Source: Ginglymostoma cirratum (Eukaryota). Taken from it: 64,000 nucleotides of DNA. The DNA lies in assembly GCA_024137785.1 (NCBI GenBank), contig JAHRHZ010000012.1:27760138-27824137 (forward strand), given 5' to 3'. A model generated the notes under the pieces. It did not search any database. It was not told where the DNA came from and was given only the letters and a program-made list of their open reading frames with translations. The translations under genes and the position numbers were made by a program. Below, piece by piece: positions 22,326 through 36,029 of this stretch (position 1 is its first letter; every line of letters starts with the position of its first letter).

Positions 22326-25300
22326 TACTTTAATGATTCTGACTCCAGAAAAAAAACATTTCTCTTTTGCCTCAATTGCAAATTAATCTTGAATCTGACT
22401 CCACTCAAAAACAAAATGGGAAGTGACATGATAGGTACATTTCCTACCACAAATTCTGGTGCAAATCTCCGCTTGTGGAGTTTTAATATTCTCCAAAGGA
22501 AATTAAATTGGTCTCACTGACATGAAGTGATAATACTGAGGGACGTTTGGCAAACAAACTGGTTCCACAGGTCATCGCTTCAAAAATTTGAAGCAATGAA
22601 GTGTCCTAACAATTTTACTACCCACACGTAGTCCAAATCAGCTAAATGTTGACTTGAACCATTTTAACTATATACTCTTCAAATATGAATGTAATAAAAA
22701 ATGATTTAACCTCAGATTCAGTGTTTTCAATATTCCCAACAAGCTCTTTTAAGTTGCTTTAAATTATGAGGATGACTGTTTTAACCTCCAGGGTTGCAAT
22801 GTTGTTGAAGAGGAAGCCGGAGATAGGACAGTCTGCCGGGCACAACAGCTGAATTACAAAATATTTTACCATAGTCTAAACGCATGTGAGCAAAACTGAA
22901 AAAAATTACAATCATTCTACCAGTCAATTGGGTTTAAACTGGCCTCCTGCAAAATCTGTGCACAAGATCAGAGAACATGTCATTACTACTGTTACAAATC
23001 TTCACAAGAAACAAGCTTTTTTTTGGGGGGGGGTGGTCTGGACTCCCTTTAAACCGAAGTTTATGTTAACTAGCTTGCCCCAGCACACCAAATATTAGTA
23101 TCAGAATATTGCCAACGAATAGATCAGAAAGTCAGGACATCTAGCTTCCTTTGTGGGGCTTATTGTTTAAGCTTGTACAATGATAAAACAAAATACAATT
23201 GCAGTAATTGTGCCGCACTTTAAAATTTTAATCTGGATCTCCTGTTATTCCCCCAATTAAAAGCAACAAAACACTTTGTGACAGTGTTCAAACATCACTG
23301 AGTACTCTGTCTAACCTTCCTGCAACTGGACACTTCAGAACAACAAACATCCTTCTCCAGGCTGTACAGCTTTGTATTCAAAAGCTCAGGTGACTGATGG
23401 TAACAAAAGGAAAGCCCAACAGAGGAACTTCACTAGGCCAGTGACAAAAATCGACCTGCATAATTTTAGATTTTTAGCTCATTGGAAATAAACCATTACT
23501 AGATTATTAAAATGGAAGTGTATTTCAAATAGAAAAGAAACAGTAAATGCAAGGAACTTCAAGTATTGCTCCAATTTCTTTAAAAAAAATGCACTCCAGA
23601 ATAGCAATAATATTGTTTGCATCATGTCTTAACATTCTGAAGCATTTTTCCAGTTTGAATTTAGCAGAGTAGATAGAATCAACATCTTCCTATTCTGTAC
23701 CTAGAGTTAAATTAGTTCAATAGCTTCACGGTTCTCAATGAATAAACTCCACAGCTGGAAACTGTCTAACTTCAGCCTTCGAAACATTTAAATTGGTCAG
23801 TGAAAAACAATTTATCACGAAGTTTCTTCTTTCCCCCTACTTAAGAGCAACAGAAAATAAAGTTTGGTCTCCTTACTTATCATTTTTGCTTTGAGCCAGC
23901 GTCATATGTACAATAAATCCCAGATTAATGGAAGGGGAAAATATACCTTGATAGTGCTAACCACAACACCTGGCTTTCATCGAGAGTATACATGTCAAGT
24001 CCTGCTCGAAACAGATTTTATTAAACTTTGCTGAATGTTCACTAGTTTTAAAAGGATGAAAGGTCAGTGAAATTGCATACAACTATAGTAATTAATATGA
24101 CACTGAAGCTTTGTAGACAAGCCAATTTTAGAATAAAGATTTAATTATGACTAATGCATATATTAATTGATATACATATTGACATTTGTCAGGTCTTGTC
24201 AATTCTGTTCCTCAAACGGGTAGAAAGCTAACTTAAGTATTTTCTGTAAAACTACATGGGAACTAGGAATAGCCCTCTCCACTGTGTGTCTGGAGCACCA
24301 AGATCATTGATAAAAATATAAAAACTACTTGCCATTAACAAGAAATTTCAGTAAAAAATACTTTAAACCCAATGTGCAATGAGAAGCAATGCAATGTGAA
24401 ATTTGATTCAGCACATTGTACACTACTTGCATGTTAACAAGTTTAGATTATGGAAACTTGTATAATTTGCAGGTTGCCATGGGTATAACACACTACAAGC
24501 ACTCAGGCTCCTGTTAAGTGCAAGCTTATGAATAGTTGGGGCCTTGATCCTAAATGGTTAAGGTAATGCATATGAAATTCATTCTAGTTGCCTTCCATTG
24601 ATCCACCTCTGACAAGTTGAAGCAAGGTGCTGCTGAAAATGGTGGTGATGGCGGTTGGGGGGGGGGGGGTACAAATTCCCTAAATTACCAGCAATCTGCA
24701 CTTTGAAATCTATAGCCAAAGCTGTACAAAGGCACAAACTTTTTTTTTAAGCTAGGCAATCTGATTACGCTGTTTAATCACTGAAAAGCTACGCTTTCTT
24801 TGCCTTAATTAGGCAGCCTTTTATTTTCCTAACAGACAGAAGTTATGCTGATGTACTTAATTCCAACATAGTTCTTTTTCACAACTGCGTTGGTTTCCTT
24901 CCCTGCAAAACGGCTCTGATACTTTCTGTTGCTGCATTTCAACTTTAAAGGCATGAGCATTCAGAGCAGCGAAGCTCAAAAGAACGCCCCAAGCATTGGG
25001 GTGCGAAAAATAGCCTTCCTGAAAGCGCAGAGTTTGCCTGTTGGCAAATCCGTAGAAATTCTCAAGGCCTTCTGAAAATCAACAACCAAATAAAATTCCA
25101 TAGCTACATCTGTTTTCATTATATTTAGCTCCAGCTTCAGCGTGATCTGCCGAAAGCCAACACAAAACAAAACAGAATTTTCCTCTTACATAAAATAAAG
25201 CTTTACCTCATAAAACTTCACAAATGGAAAACAAGAACTTAGTCTACAAGCAGCTGATGTTTTTATGCTCTTTCATTGAATGAGATCATTATTGGCAAGG

Positions 25301-25999
25301 ATAAATTGCCCTTGAGAACGTGGCAATGAGCTGTCTTCTTGAATGGCAGCAGTACTTAGGGTGTAGGAACATCCCACAGACCTTTTAGGAAGAGGGTTCC
25401 AGGACTTCAAGTCAGCAATAGAAAAGGAACAGCAACATAACTCCAAGTCGGGGTGGGGTACAGATCAAACAGAAACTTTCAAGGACATAGGTGGGGAAGG
25501 TGTCATTCCTATGTATCTGCTGCCCTTGTCCTTCCATGTTGCAGTGGTCACAGGTTTGAATGGTGGAAGGAGGTTGGAGCAAGTTGCTGCAGTGGTGGGT
25601 GATGACGTGGAATGTTTAAGGCAGTGAACGGACTGTTGGTCTGAAATGGCAAACTCAAGCATCGTTGGATGGCATAATCGAGCCAAGTGAAGAATATTCC
25701 ATCACATCTGATCTGTACTTTGTAGGCAATGGAAAAATTCAGGAAGTCTTGAATTGTGTTATGCATCATTGAGTTCCCAGCCTCTAGCCTGCACCTGCAA
25801 CAGAGTACTTTCTGGCTGGTACAACGGAGTTTCTGGTCAATAATAACTCCCAGGATTCTCTCGTCGGAGAGAGCCATTGCCTGGCATCCGTTTGGTGGAA
25901 ATATTCTTCACCACTTATTAGTCAAAGCCTGAAAGTTGTCCATATCTTGCTGAACATAGAATCTAAATCCCTTTTCAAAATTCAATGGCACAATCAACA

Positions 26000-26605
26000 G
26001 CCCAAGCCCAGCCCTTAACGCTGTTGGTGTATCTATCCCCGTGGATTGTATCATGGCACAAGACGGCTCACCACCACCTTCTCAAGGTTAGTTAGGGATG
26101 GGAAAAAAAAAAAAACTGGCCAAGCCAGTAATGCCCACATCCTGTGAACAAATAAAGAACAAAACAAAACCTGTGGAATTAGAAATGACACCATTCTAGG
26201 ACAGGGCAGCATGCTTGATTGGCACCTTCAACATTCACCATCTTCTCCACCATTACAAATTGGCAGCAGCGGGCACCATCTAACAAGATGCACTGCAGTA
26301 ACTCAGCAAGGTCCCTCTGACAGCATCTAACAAACCTGTGACCTCTACCACCTAGAAAAACAAGGGTGGAAATGGTAATATCTCCCCTCCAAACCCCACA
26401 CCATCCTCACTTGTAACTAGATCACCACTCCTTCAATGTCACTGGATCAAACACCTGGAACTTCATTCTTAATGGTACTGTGAGCACCCCTAGACCTGAA
26501 GGATTGCAGTAATTCAGGAATCCAGCTCAGCACCGCTTTATCCAGGGTAATAAACAGTGGCCTAGCTAGTGATGCTCAAATCCTGTGAACAAATCAAAAA
26601 AAACA
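26000..26605 (+). mobile_element. Two tandem family-B 3' ends
   Basis: 'gctcaccaccaccttctcaaggttagttagggatggg..cacatcctgtgaacaaat' ends at about 26155. A second copy at about 26195-26605 ends 'atcctgtgaacaaatcaaaaaaaa'. Confidence 0.8.
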
Positions 26606-26609
26606 AACT

Positions 26610-26725
26610 GAACACAGTATAAGGTAGGGGTGGAGGCTAGATAGAATTTAGGATTAGGGTAAAAGTTCGGCACAACAGAGTGGGCCAAAGGGCCTGTACT
26701 GTGTTGTACTGTTCTATGTTCTATT
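26610..26725 (+). mobile_element. CR1 3'UTR terminal fragment
   Basis: 'ggcacaacagagtgggccaaagggcctgtactgtgttgtactgttctatgttctat'. Confidence 0.85.
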
Positions 26726-27239
26726 GCGTAGTCATCAGCAAACATCATTCGTGAAGCAGAAAATGGTTGGAGCATAGAACCCTTTCCCGAAGAACAGTTA
26801 CAGCAACATCTGGCGATCTGAGATGATTGGCCTCCAACAAACGACAAACATTTTTTCCCTTTGTCCTAGATAGGACTCTGAACAGCAGCGAGTTTTCTCA
26901 CCAATTCCTATTGATTTTAATTTTGCTAGGGCCCCTTGATGCCACACTTGGTCAAAAGCTGATTTGTTGTCAAAGGCAGTCACACTCACCTTACCCCTTA
27001 AATTCAGCTCTTTTAGCCACATTTTGACCAAGGCTGTAGTGAGGTCAGGAGTTGAGTGGCTCTGGTGGAATACAAAATGAGTGTCAGTAAGCAAGTTATT
27101 TTTGAGTAAGTGCCATTTGATAGCACTATCGTGGACACTTAACAGCACTTTGGAGCTGATTGAGAATCAAGTGATGGGGCAACAACTGATCGAGTTAGAT
27201 TTGTCCTGCTTTATGTGGAGAAGATAATTTTCCACATGG

Positions 27240-27695
27240 TCTTACGAGGCAAGATTGAGCAGTTTAGGCCTACACATGAGTTTAGAAGAATGAGAAGAGA
27301 TTTAATTGAGGTATATAAAATGCTAAAAGTGATTAACAAAGGAAACAGAGCAAGTGTTTCCCATGGGGGGGGGGGGGGGTAATCTAGAATGAGAGGTCAT
27401 TGCTTTAGGCAAAGGAATGGCAGATTTAAAACAGATCAAAGAGCAATTACTTCTCTCAAAAGGGTGGTGAATTAATGGGATTCACTACCCAAGCATGCAA
27501 CAGATGCTAGGGCACTGAATAAATTTAAAGGAGGAGATAAACAGATATTTAATCAGTCATGGGTTAAAGGATTAAGGTGAGTGAACAGGAAAGTAGAGTT
27601 GAGTGTGAAATGAAATCAGCCATTATTGTATAAAGTGCTGGAGTAAGGTCAAGGCGCCGAATAGCCCACTCCTGCTCCTGGTTCTTATGGTTCTA
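27240..27695 (+). mobile_element. CR1 3' end
   Basis: EFRRMRRDLIEVYKML.., tail 'gccgaatagcccactcctgctcctggttcttatggttcta'. Confidence 0.85.
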
Positions 27696-27774
27696 TAGAT
27701 GCCTGTGTTCCAAGTGTTCCAAAACCGGAACCAGCTTGGGGAGAGATACAGCTATAAATAAAACAAAGAACCAC

Positions 27775-27990
27775 AAATAAAGCAAAGAACCGCAGATATA
27801 GGAAACCTGATCAGAAATCGCACACCTGGCAGCATCTGTGGGGAGAAAGCAGAGTTAATAGTTCGAGTCCAGTGACTCTTCATTAAAACTGTTAGTAGCT
27901 GGGAAAAGGCAGTATTTATGCTGAATCTGAAGTTTGGGAAGGGGAGGTCAATGGAGGGGACAGGCCAGAAGATAAATAGTCGGAACTATG
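27775..27990 (-). mobile_element. Penelope-derived insert with decayed hammerhead
   Basis: 'aaagcaaagaaccgcagat..ctggcagcatctgtggggagaaagcagagttaatagttcgagtccagtgactctt', the same family as 21322-21505 and 48925-49060. Confidence 0.7.
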
Positions 27991-28099
27991 GCAAGTGAGG
28001 CTTCGTGAGGTCTGGAGTCACTGTTGAAGACTCCCAGGGTGTTCCCCTCACTATTTTTTAATCTCTGGTTTGGTGTTCCCAGCTAATGAGACAGGATAT

Positions 28100-28935
28100 A
28101 CAAACATAAGAATTAGGAGCAGAAGTGGACTCTTTAGACCCTCCGGCTTCTCCCGCCATTCAGTAAGAACATGACTGATCAGTTTGTTTTGAATTATAAA
28201 TTTCCATCTATACTCGTTAAACTTCGATTCCCTTGCCCAACAAGAATCCATCTCCACCTAAAATATTCAATGACCTCTCCTCTACCTTCTTGTGAGGTAG
28301 AGATCAAAAGCTGACTAACCCTCAAAACAAAGTCTCATCTGTAACCTAAAAGAGCAATCCCTAATGTTTAAACAGTGCCCCCAGTTATGAACTCTCACAA
28401 AAAGGAAACATGCTTTCCACATCTACCTTGTCAAACCCATCAAGGATCTTGTATACGTCACAGAATTGACACAATTTAGGAGCCTATTTGGCACATTACG
28501 TCTGCACTTAAACTCTGGCATTAAGCCAAAATGTTCAATGCCAATTTCCTGCCTCTACCCCATAATTCCACACATTATTTGAACAGGTACAACAGTCCAA
28601 CACCTCCTCGAACGCCTCAAGTCAAACTGCCTGGATCACATTTCCAGACAATGCATTCCCGACCCCAACAACTCGCTGCACAAAAGTGTGTTTTTTTTTT
28701 AAATAGAAGCAAACAGAAAAAAGACAAAATTTATGCCCTCTGGTTCTCAATCCTCTTATGAATGGGAACAGTATACCCCCATCTACTCTATCCAGCATCC
28801 TCATGAACACCTCTATCAACTGCCACATCTAAAAAGTCACTCCTGACTCCAAACCTTCAGTGGAAGCAAGCCCAGTGTGGCATCTCTTTCTTAAGACACT
28901 CTGCTCATTCCAGGTATCAATCTTGTAGAGTTCTG
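28100..28935 (-). mobile_element. Nested CR1 3' fragments
   Basis: Tail 'aacataagaattaggagcagaagtgg' at about 28101. A second 3' end starts at about 28465 (ORF 28622..28828 LIEVFMRMLDRVD..LRTRGHK). Confidence 0.75.
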
Positions 28936-29055
28936 CAGTCACAGGACCCAAAACATTAACTCTTTTCTCTGCACAGATGCTGCCTGACCTGCTGAGCTTT
29001 TCCAGCAACTTTGTTTTTGTTCCTGATTTACAGCATCCACAGTTTTTTTTTTGGT
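28936..29055 (+). mobile_element. Penelope-derived insert (partial)
   Basis: 'gtcacaggacccaaaacattaactc..cacagatgctgcctgacctgctgagcttttccagcaactttgtttttgttcctgatttacagcatccacag'. Confidence 0.8.
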
Positions 29056-29244
29056 TCTTGCGCCTGTCAGTATCCTGAATGGGAAAGGTATTTCACTGAC
29101 AATCAATTTAGAACTGTCACTTGGGCTCAGAGGGCTGTGCTTGTATGTACAGGACATTACATTCATTAACACACAGGGCTCTGTTCTTTCTAGACAATGT
29201 ACAAGCGCTGTTGTGTTTCAGTTCCATACATAATGTGTAACAAC

Positions 29245-29490
29245 CATTTGCCAGTTCATTTCTTAGGGCAATGCCCTGACCAAATCAGGGTCTGCCTGGT
29301 TCAAAATTTAAAAAAATGGGTGCATAGTCCAATGGTGATGCCTTAATCAAAAGCAACTTGCCTACCAAGCACCACTCTTCTCATGCAGTACAAATGTTGA
29401 TTTTCCACTAAAATTTGTATTCTTGCAAAAGATCCTGATGAGTAAAAGATGAAAACTTCCACAAAATGTGTACTTTTTTCAGTAAGTTCT
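29245..29490 (+). mobile_element. Second type of Penelope-like terminal repeat with hammerhead remnant
   Basis: Homologous to 50490-50750. Contains gatc-CTGATGA-gtaaaagat-GAAA-acttc at 29431-29459. Confidence 0.6.
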
Positions 29491-29739
29491 TGCACAAAAA
29501 CATGTTGACTCTTCCTAACTGTCTACCTTTTGAAAAAGTGCTCAGCTATAGCTTTCTTCATGATCAATTTTAACACAACTCCAAGGCTCCTTCAAAACAA
29601 TAATCTCTACCACATAGAAGGCTTAGGACAGCTAATGCATGGGGATACCATCACCAGCAAGTACCCCTCCAAACCACACTATCACCACCTTTTCACTGGA
29701 GCTGAAGTAAAATTCTAAATATCCCTTCTGAACACCATT

Positions 29740-32700
29740 GTTTCTGGCCTCCCTTCCTTCAGGATAGAGGGGTTCTATTTGCTACTATCCAGTCTAATGG
29801 AACCCTTCCAGAATCTGGTGAATTTTGGAAAGTTAACTCCAAAGCACCTTACAGTTAACCATCATTTAAAAGATCCAAGGATAACATCTATTGTGACCCA
29901 AAGATCTGTCAGTCCACCGCTCCATCTGTTTGCTCAGTACCACTCAATAATTGCTTCCCTTGAGATCTTAACTTCACTGAGCTCCTCTCTCTTTTCCACC
30001 TCCTGATTTATAACTGATATGAAATGCTGTTTGTATCCTTTATGGGGAAAAAAAACCCAAAATATTTGCTCATTCCATCCACGAGCACACTTTACATTTT
30101 TTCCTTTTAATTACCCATAGATGCTCTTACTATCTTTTGTTACATTTGTTTCTGGCTTCCACGCACTAATTTCTTTCTCTTGATTAATTTTTATCATTCT
30201 ATGCCACAGTTTGTATTCTAATTATCTAACCTGCCACTCATCTTTTGCTTTCTCCTCAAGTTCAGACAGAACGTAGCACAGTACAGAACTGGAACGGGTC
30301 CTTTGGCCCAACCAAAACTGGTCTGACCATGATCCTATTCTAAACTAATCCTATTTGTCTGCACACGGTCCATATCTGTCTATTCTCTGCCTGATCACGT
30401 GTTTATCTAAATTCCTCATATACTTTGCTATTGTTTTTGCTTCTACCACCTCCTTTGGCAGTGCCTTCAAAAGGCACTTCTCACCAACCTCTGTGGAAAA
30501 ACCTGTCTCATATCTCCTTTAAACTTTCCCCTCTCGTCTTATGCATCCCCTCTTCCCATTGTGGCAGGAATTTCTGAAGCCCTAATGTCAGCTAAGCTCA
30601 GCCGACAGACCAACTACCACAACTATCTTCCTTTGTGCCAGGACATGATGCCAACCGATGGAGAGCTTCCCTCAATCCCTAATTACTGCAGTTTTGCTAG
30701 GGCTCTTTGAATTCCCACTTGGTTAAATGTGGCCTTGATGATAAAGGGCAGTTGCTCTCATCTCACCTCAGGAACTCCGCTCTTTTGAACCGGCTGCTAT
30801 GAGATCAGGAGCTGTGGGATGCTGGAAGAACCCAAACTGTGGATCAGTGAGCAGGTTATTGCTAGGAAATGACCCTTAATAGCTCTATTCATGTCTCCTT
30901 CCGTCACTTTTCTGATGATCAAGAGTAGACATCGGCGCAGTAATTGGCCACGTCAGATTTGTCCAGCTTTTTGCAGGCAGGAAGCACCTGGACAATCTCC
31001 CCCATTGCTGGGTGGATGCCAGTGTTAAAGGAACAGCTCGACCAGGAGCACCTTAAGCCTTCAATAAAATTCTCAGAATATTGTCAGGTCCTATAGCCTT
31101 TGTACTATCTCATGCCTTCAGCCATTTCTTGATATTAAGTGGTGTGAATGAAATTGGCTGAAGTGCACCTTTGATGCTGGAAACCCCTGGTGAACACTGA
31201 TATTGATCGCCCACTAAGCACTTCTGGCTGAAGATTAGTGCAAATGCTCCAGCCTTATCTTCGGCACTAATGTGCCAGGCTCCCCAGTCATTGAGGACGA
31301 GGATATTGGTGGGACCTCTTCCATGTGAGAGTTGCTTAATTGACCAATCCTATTCTCGACAAGATGTGGCAGGACTGCAGAGATTAGATCTGAACTGTTG
31401 GTTATGGAATTACTTAGCTTTCTCAGTCACTTGCTGCTTATGCTGGCTTGCATACAAGCAGTCCTGTATTGCAATTTTACCAGGTGGACAACTTATCTTT
31501 TAGATATTGCTGGAACTGCTCCTGGTGCTCCTCTGCTCAGCATTGATCAAAGATTGATCCCCTGCTTAATAGTGATGGTACAGTGAAGGATAGACCAAGC
31601 CATGACGTTGCAGATTGTGTTTGAGTACAATTCCCATTCCGGTAAAGCCCCAAAAGTGCCTTATGTATGCCCAATCTTCAGTTGCTAGATCTGTTGAGGA
31701 GTTGATATTCTCCATAAGTTCTTGACTTATTCATGGATATCCAACCTCTCATGAGAATGAATCTATTCCCGTTATGATGAAACATTCTTACTATTCTGAA
31801 ATATCCCCTTGTATGACTGCCACTGCATTGCTAACTATCCTCTAGTTTTTTCTTTAATTCATTCATAAATGCGGGCATCACTGGCTGTGTCAGCATTTAC
31901 CACCCATCCCTTGTGGCTCTTGAAAAAGGTGATGGTGGTGAGCTACCTGTACCTCTGCAGTCCATTTTCGATAGGTAAACCCACAATGCTATTAGAGAAA
32001 GAGAGCCCCAGGATTGTGACCCAACGACACAGAAGCAATGATGTATATATTTCCCAAGTCGGGGTGGTGAGTAACTTGGAGGGAAGCTTGCAGGTGGTGC
32101 CTGACTTTCTAGATAGAAGTGGTTGGGGTTTGAAACAAGCTGTCCAAGGATCTTTGGAAAGTTCCAGTTCAGTTTCAGGTCAATAGTAACCTGCTGGCAT
32201 CCCAGTTCACTTTGGTTCGTTCAGCTTTTATGCCCACAAATTATCTTTATCAATGCCCACCTATTATCCTTACTTAATTTTAAAAGGCAAGCCTCAGACC
32301 CAGTCTTCTCCTTTTCAAATGGAATATAGGATTCAATGATATCGTGGCCGCTGCTCACTGCAAGTGCCTTTTCTCTGAAGCCATTCATTAGTCTTGTCGC
32401 ATTACACAATACCCAGGCTACTCGAAGCTGTTCTCTGGTTGGTTCCATAGCCTGCTATTCTAACAAGCTGTCTTGAAAGCATTGTATAAAGCTCCTCTTT
32501 CCAGATTGGCTGCAGCCAATCTGATTTTTCTGTTTTGTATGCCAATTAAAGTCACTCATGATTATTATGACCCCTTCACAACCAGCATCCAGTGTTTCTT
32601 TTTGTATACTTCAGCCTACATTGTGGTGTTTATTTGGGGGCCTGCAAATCATCCCTACAAGTCCTCATTTCCTGATCTCTTAGACCAAGGTGAATCAATT

Positions 32701-32880
32701 TCTTTAGGCTTCGCCTTTGGATTGGCAGTCTAGCCACTTTATCACTACAGTGTGTGCAAATCAACATTAAAAGATCTCTTCCTTCCTTTCCATCAATTTG
32801 AACCATTCCCATCAAAACCTGTACAGGGAAAGTCTTGGCTATATTGTAACAAAGAGTTCCTTTGTCAGCTTTAGCTGCAA
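29740..32880 (-). mobile_element. Old CR1 ORF2 copy fragmented by inserts (CR1 3' end ~30265-30545; family-B minus ~30620-31700 and ~31855-32165)
   Basis: CR1 EN/RT remnants, e.g. EPTREQ..WVLCNATRL..SSGHDIIESYIPFE (ORF 32221..32448). The family-B pieces match the reverse complement of 20130-21000 and 22050-22320. Confidence 0.65.
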
Positions 32881-33269
32881 AAGAAAAATCAGTTTTTAAG
32901 ACTTATTTGCACTGAAACCATCGTAATCAAAAGTGAAAGAGTGGTGTGAGTGAAGCAAGAATATTTGATTGCCTAAATCAAAGTCTACCACACTCCATGG
33001 ATTCAGTGGGAGGTACTTTCCTTAAACAGAAATTGTACAAACTCTTCCCAAAAACGCACATAAAATGAGTTATTGCTGTGGAAAGCATGTACTGTTGTAC
33101 AGTGCGTACAATCTTCATATATTTTCACAAGTTCCTGCAGTCAAGATTATTCATGAAATTGTACTCTAAAATTGCAGCTAAGCAAGCTAGTCCATAGTAT
33201 CACAAGTACATTTTACGTTACACTTGCACGGTACATCTTTCATTACCAGTCAGACACCAAGCATTTCCT

Positions 33270-33800
33270 AATTCTTTTGTAAAACGTGGGTATCAGTGAC
33301 AAGGCCAGCATTTGTTATTCAGCACTAATTGCCTTTCAGAGGTGGAACTGAGCCACTTTCTTGAGCTCCTGCAGTACGTTTGCTGTGGGTACACCCACAA
33401 TGCTGTTACAGAATGACAATTGAACATTTTGACCAAGTGACAGGGAAGGAATGGTGATATCATTCCTACTCAGGATAGTGCATAGCATGAATGGAAACAT
33501 GCAGACAATACTGGTCTCAGACTGCACCTATGCTTCTAGCTCGTAGAGGTCACAAATTTACAAGGTGTTGTGAAAGCAGCTTTGGGAACTGCTGCAGTGC
33601 GCTATGCATATCGTATGCACCACTACAAAAGTGCACGAGTACTGGAGGAAACAAATGTTTAAAGATGGTGGAAAGCATTCAAAGAGGATGAAGAATTCTG
33701 CTTGATCTTAGCCTGTGTCAACAGTGTCATGTCCTACAGGAGTTGTATGCATTCAGACAAACAAAGTGTTCCATCGTATTCATGCTAGAACTTTGTAGAT
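33270..33800 (-). mobile_element. Family-B 3' portion
   Basis: NSIVGVPTANVLQELKKVAQFHL (ORF 33336..33527) parallels NSIVGQLTAGGLQRFKKTAHHHL at 22175-22245. Confidence 0.8.
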
Positions 33801-33804
33801 CTAA

Positions 33805-35620
33805 AGTTGTAGGAGAAGAAGTAGGCCATTCATTCCATCAAGTGTACTCCACCATTCAATAAGATCATGGCTGATCTGATAATCCTCAACTCCACTTTGC
33901 TGCTTTTTCCCTATAACTCTGCAGTTGTTACTGATGAGAAATCAGTCTCTCTCAGCCTTGAATTACTTAACAACCCAGCCTCAACAGCTCTCTGCAAAGA
34001 AATCCAGAGTTGTTACCCTCAGGAAAAATTCCTCTTTGTTTTAAACGTATGACCCTTTATTGAGATTATGAACACTAGCCCTAGACTCTCCCACAAGGAG
34101 AAGCGATCTCTCTGCCTCTACTCTGTTATGTCCCTTAAGAATTGTTCATTTCAACAAGGTCACCTCTCATTCTTCTAAATTCCAATGAGTAAAGTTCCAA
34201 TCTACTCAATCTCTCCTTAGAGGACAGTTCTCCAAATCCAGCAGCAGTCTAGCAAACTTTCTGACTGTTTCCGATGCCACGATATCTTTACATAGATAAG
34301 GGTCAAAACTGTCTGTATTATTTCAACTGGGGTTTGACTAGTGCCTTGTGTAGCTTTAGCAAAACTTTCTTACTTTTATACTCCATTTCCTTTGGAATCA
34401 AAGCCACTCTTTCTTCATGCTTTGATGCTAACATTCAATGATTCTTGCGTGAGGACTTCCAAAGCCCTCTATTCTGTACCTTTCTGCAATCTTTCCCCAT
34501 TTAAATAATATTCAACTCCTCTATTTTTGCTGCCTAAGTACATAATGTTACATTTTCCCACATTGTATTCCACCCGCCAAGCTTTTGCCACTCACTTAAC
34601 CTGTCTGTATCCCTCTCCAGACTCTCACCCTCACCACTTCCCTTCCCACCTATTTTTGCATCATCTGCAAACCTTGCTATAGTACTTTCATTTTCCTCAT
34701 CCAAGTCATCAATACCAATTGTTAATAATTGTTACCCTAGTTTTAAATGAAGAACCTTTTACACCTTATTAAAAAACTAATTTATGTGACAAGGTGGGAA
34801 CAATGGGGCTTGATTTCCAGTACATTACCCCAGTGAATCATAACATAAATCAGTCCTCACTCTTCTGAGCTTTGGAGGAGACATGCCCTGTTTTGTCAAA
34901 TCTTTCTTTAAAGGACAACATACTCAATCCAGGTATCAATCTAGGAAACCGCTTCAGAAATGCTTCCAAAGCTTCAACATACATCCTTAAATAAGGGGGC
35001 CAAATCACATACAAGATTCGAGATATTAAAAGCAAATAAAAGGACACAAACCTATTTACAGTATTCAAGATTTCAGTCTCAAAGCCTTGTAATACCGAAG
35101 CAACTTCTTCACTTTTAAATTTTATTCCCTTCATAATAAATTAAGCTTCTTAATCATTTGCTGTAGCCGCATACTAATCTTTTAGACTCAGTGACTAGAA
35201 CGCTTAGATGCCTCAGCACCTCAAAATTCTACAGTCATTCCCTGTTTAAACAATAGTGTATTCTACTCTTCCGGCCATACTGAAGAACTCCACATTTTCC
35301 CCACACTATATTTCACCTGCCAGATATTTTATGCACTCGTTTAGCCCAGTGTGAACATTTATATCGTATTACCTTTATTGCAGTTTTTAAGTCATCTGAA
35401 AATTTAGACTCCCTGTCTTTGCCCACTTATCAATGCCATTGATAGACGTTCAGGGTCCAGGATGGTCCCTGCACGGCCTCACTTGTCTCACCCTGGTAAT
35501 CTTAAAAAGACCCATTTATACTTTGCTTTTTGCCAACAAACCATCACCTACCAACATTGTGTACTAGCATGTTACTCCTACATTATGCAATATCCTTTTA
35601 TATTGGTGAACACCTACAAT
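33805..35620 (-). mobile_element. CR1 fragments (3' end to RT; two copies, ~33805-34735 and ~34850-35620)
   Basis: Tail 'gtaggagaagaagtaggccattc..ccattcaataagatcatggctgatctg', 'tttttgcatcatctgcaaacc' (FADDAK on the minus strand), and WPPYLRMYVEALE (ORF 34850..35134). Confidence 0.8.
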
Positions 35621-36029
35621 GTTTGGTCTTGCAATCATCAGGAATTTGCATTCTTGTCAAATGTCAAGGGTAAAAATCAACATTTACACTGGATGAGAGG
35701 ATAGGGTGCTGACTGGTTGGTAAGTGTACTCTGGTTGTTAAAGATTGTGAATTTTTTTTTAAACATTCACTCGTGGGACGTGACTTTTGCCCCAGAAGGC
35801 CAGTACTGAGACTTCAGCAAGTCAGGAGATGCTTACTTGCACAAATTTCACAGCTGGTCTTTGAAACAGCTCCAATTCAAGTGGATATTTTGCAAGTTAT
35901 TGCAGTTGGATTAGTTCCTTTGGTAGTTATTAGATTTTTACCACTGCGAGCACATTTAATGAGAAGAAAAAGCCCACTAAACAAATACACATTAATGCTA
36001 ATCAGAGTTGACAGCAATATAGCAGGGGA

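Larger units (their letters stand above)
25262..27750 (-). mobile_element. Family-B LINE (minus), interrupted by later inserts at about 25965-26725 and 27240-27695
   Basis: ILGVIIDQKL (ORF 25548..25877) resumes after the inserts as MFADD (~26730-26747) and TAFDNKSAFDQVWHQGALAKL (ORF 26798..27148). Confidence 0.8.

Noticed and set aside
22792-22885. Plus-strand exon candidate (cctccAG...GTGAGC; GCNVVEEEAGDRTVCRAQQLNYKIFYHSLNA)
   Set aside because: The peptide is unrecognised, there are no partner exons, and such splice-site pairs are expected by chance in 64 kb.
23947-24001. Minus-strand exon candidate (LDMYTLDESQVLWLALS)
   Set aside because: Weak acceptor and donor, and no recognisable homology.
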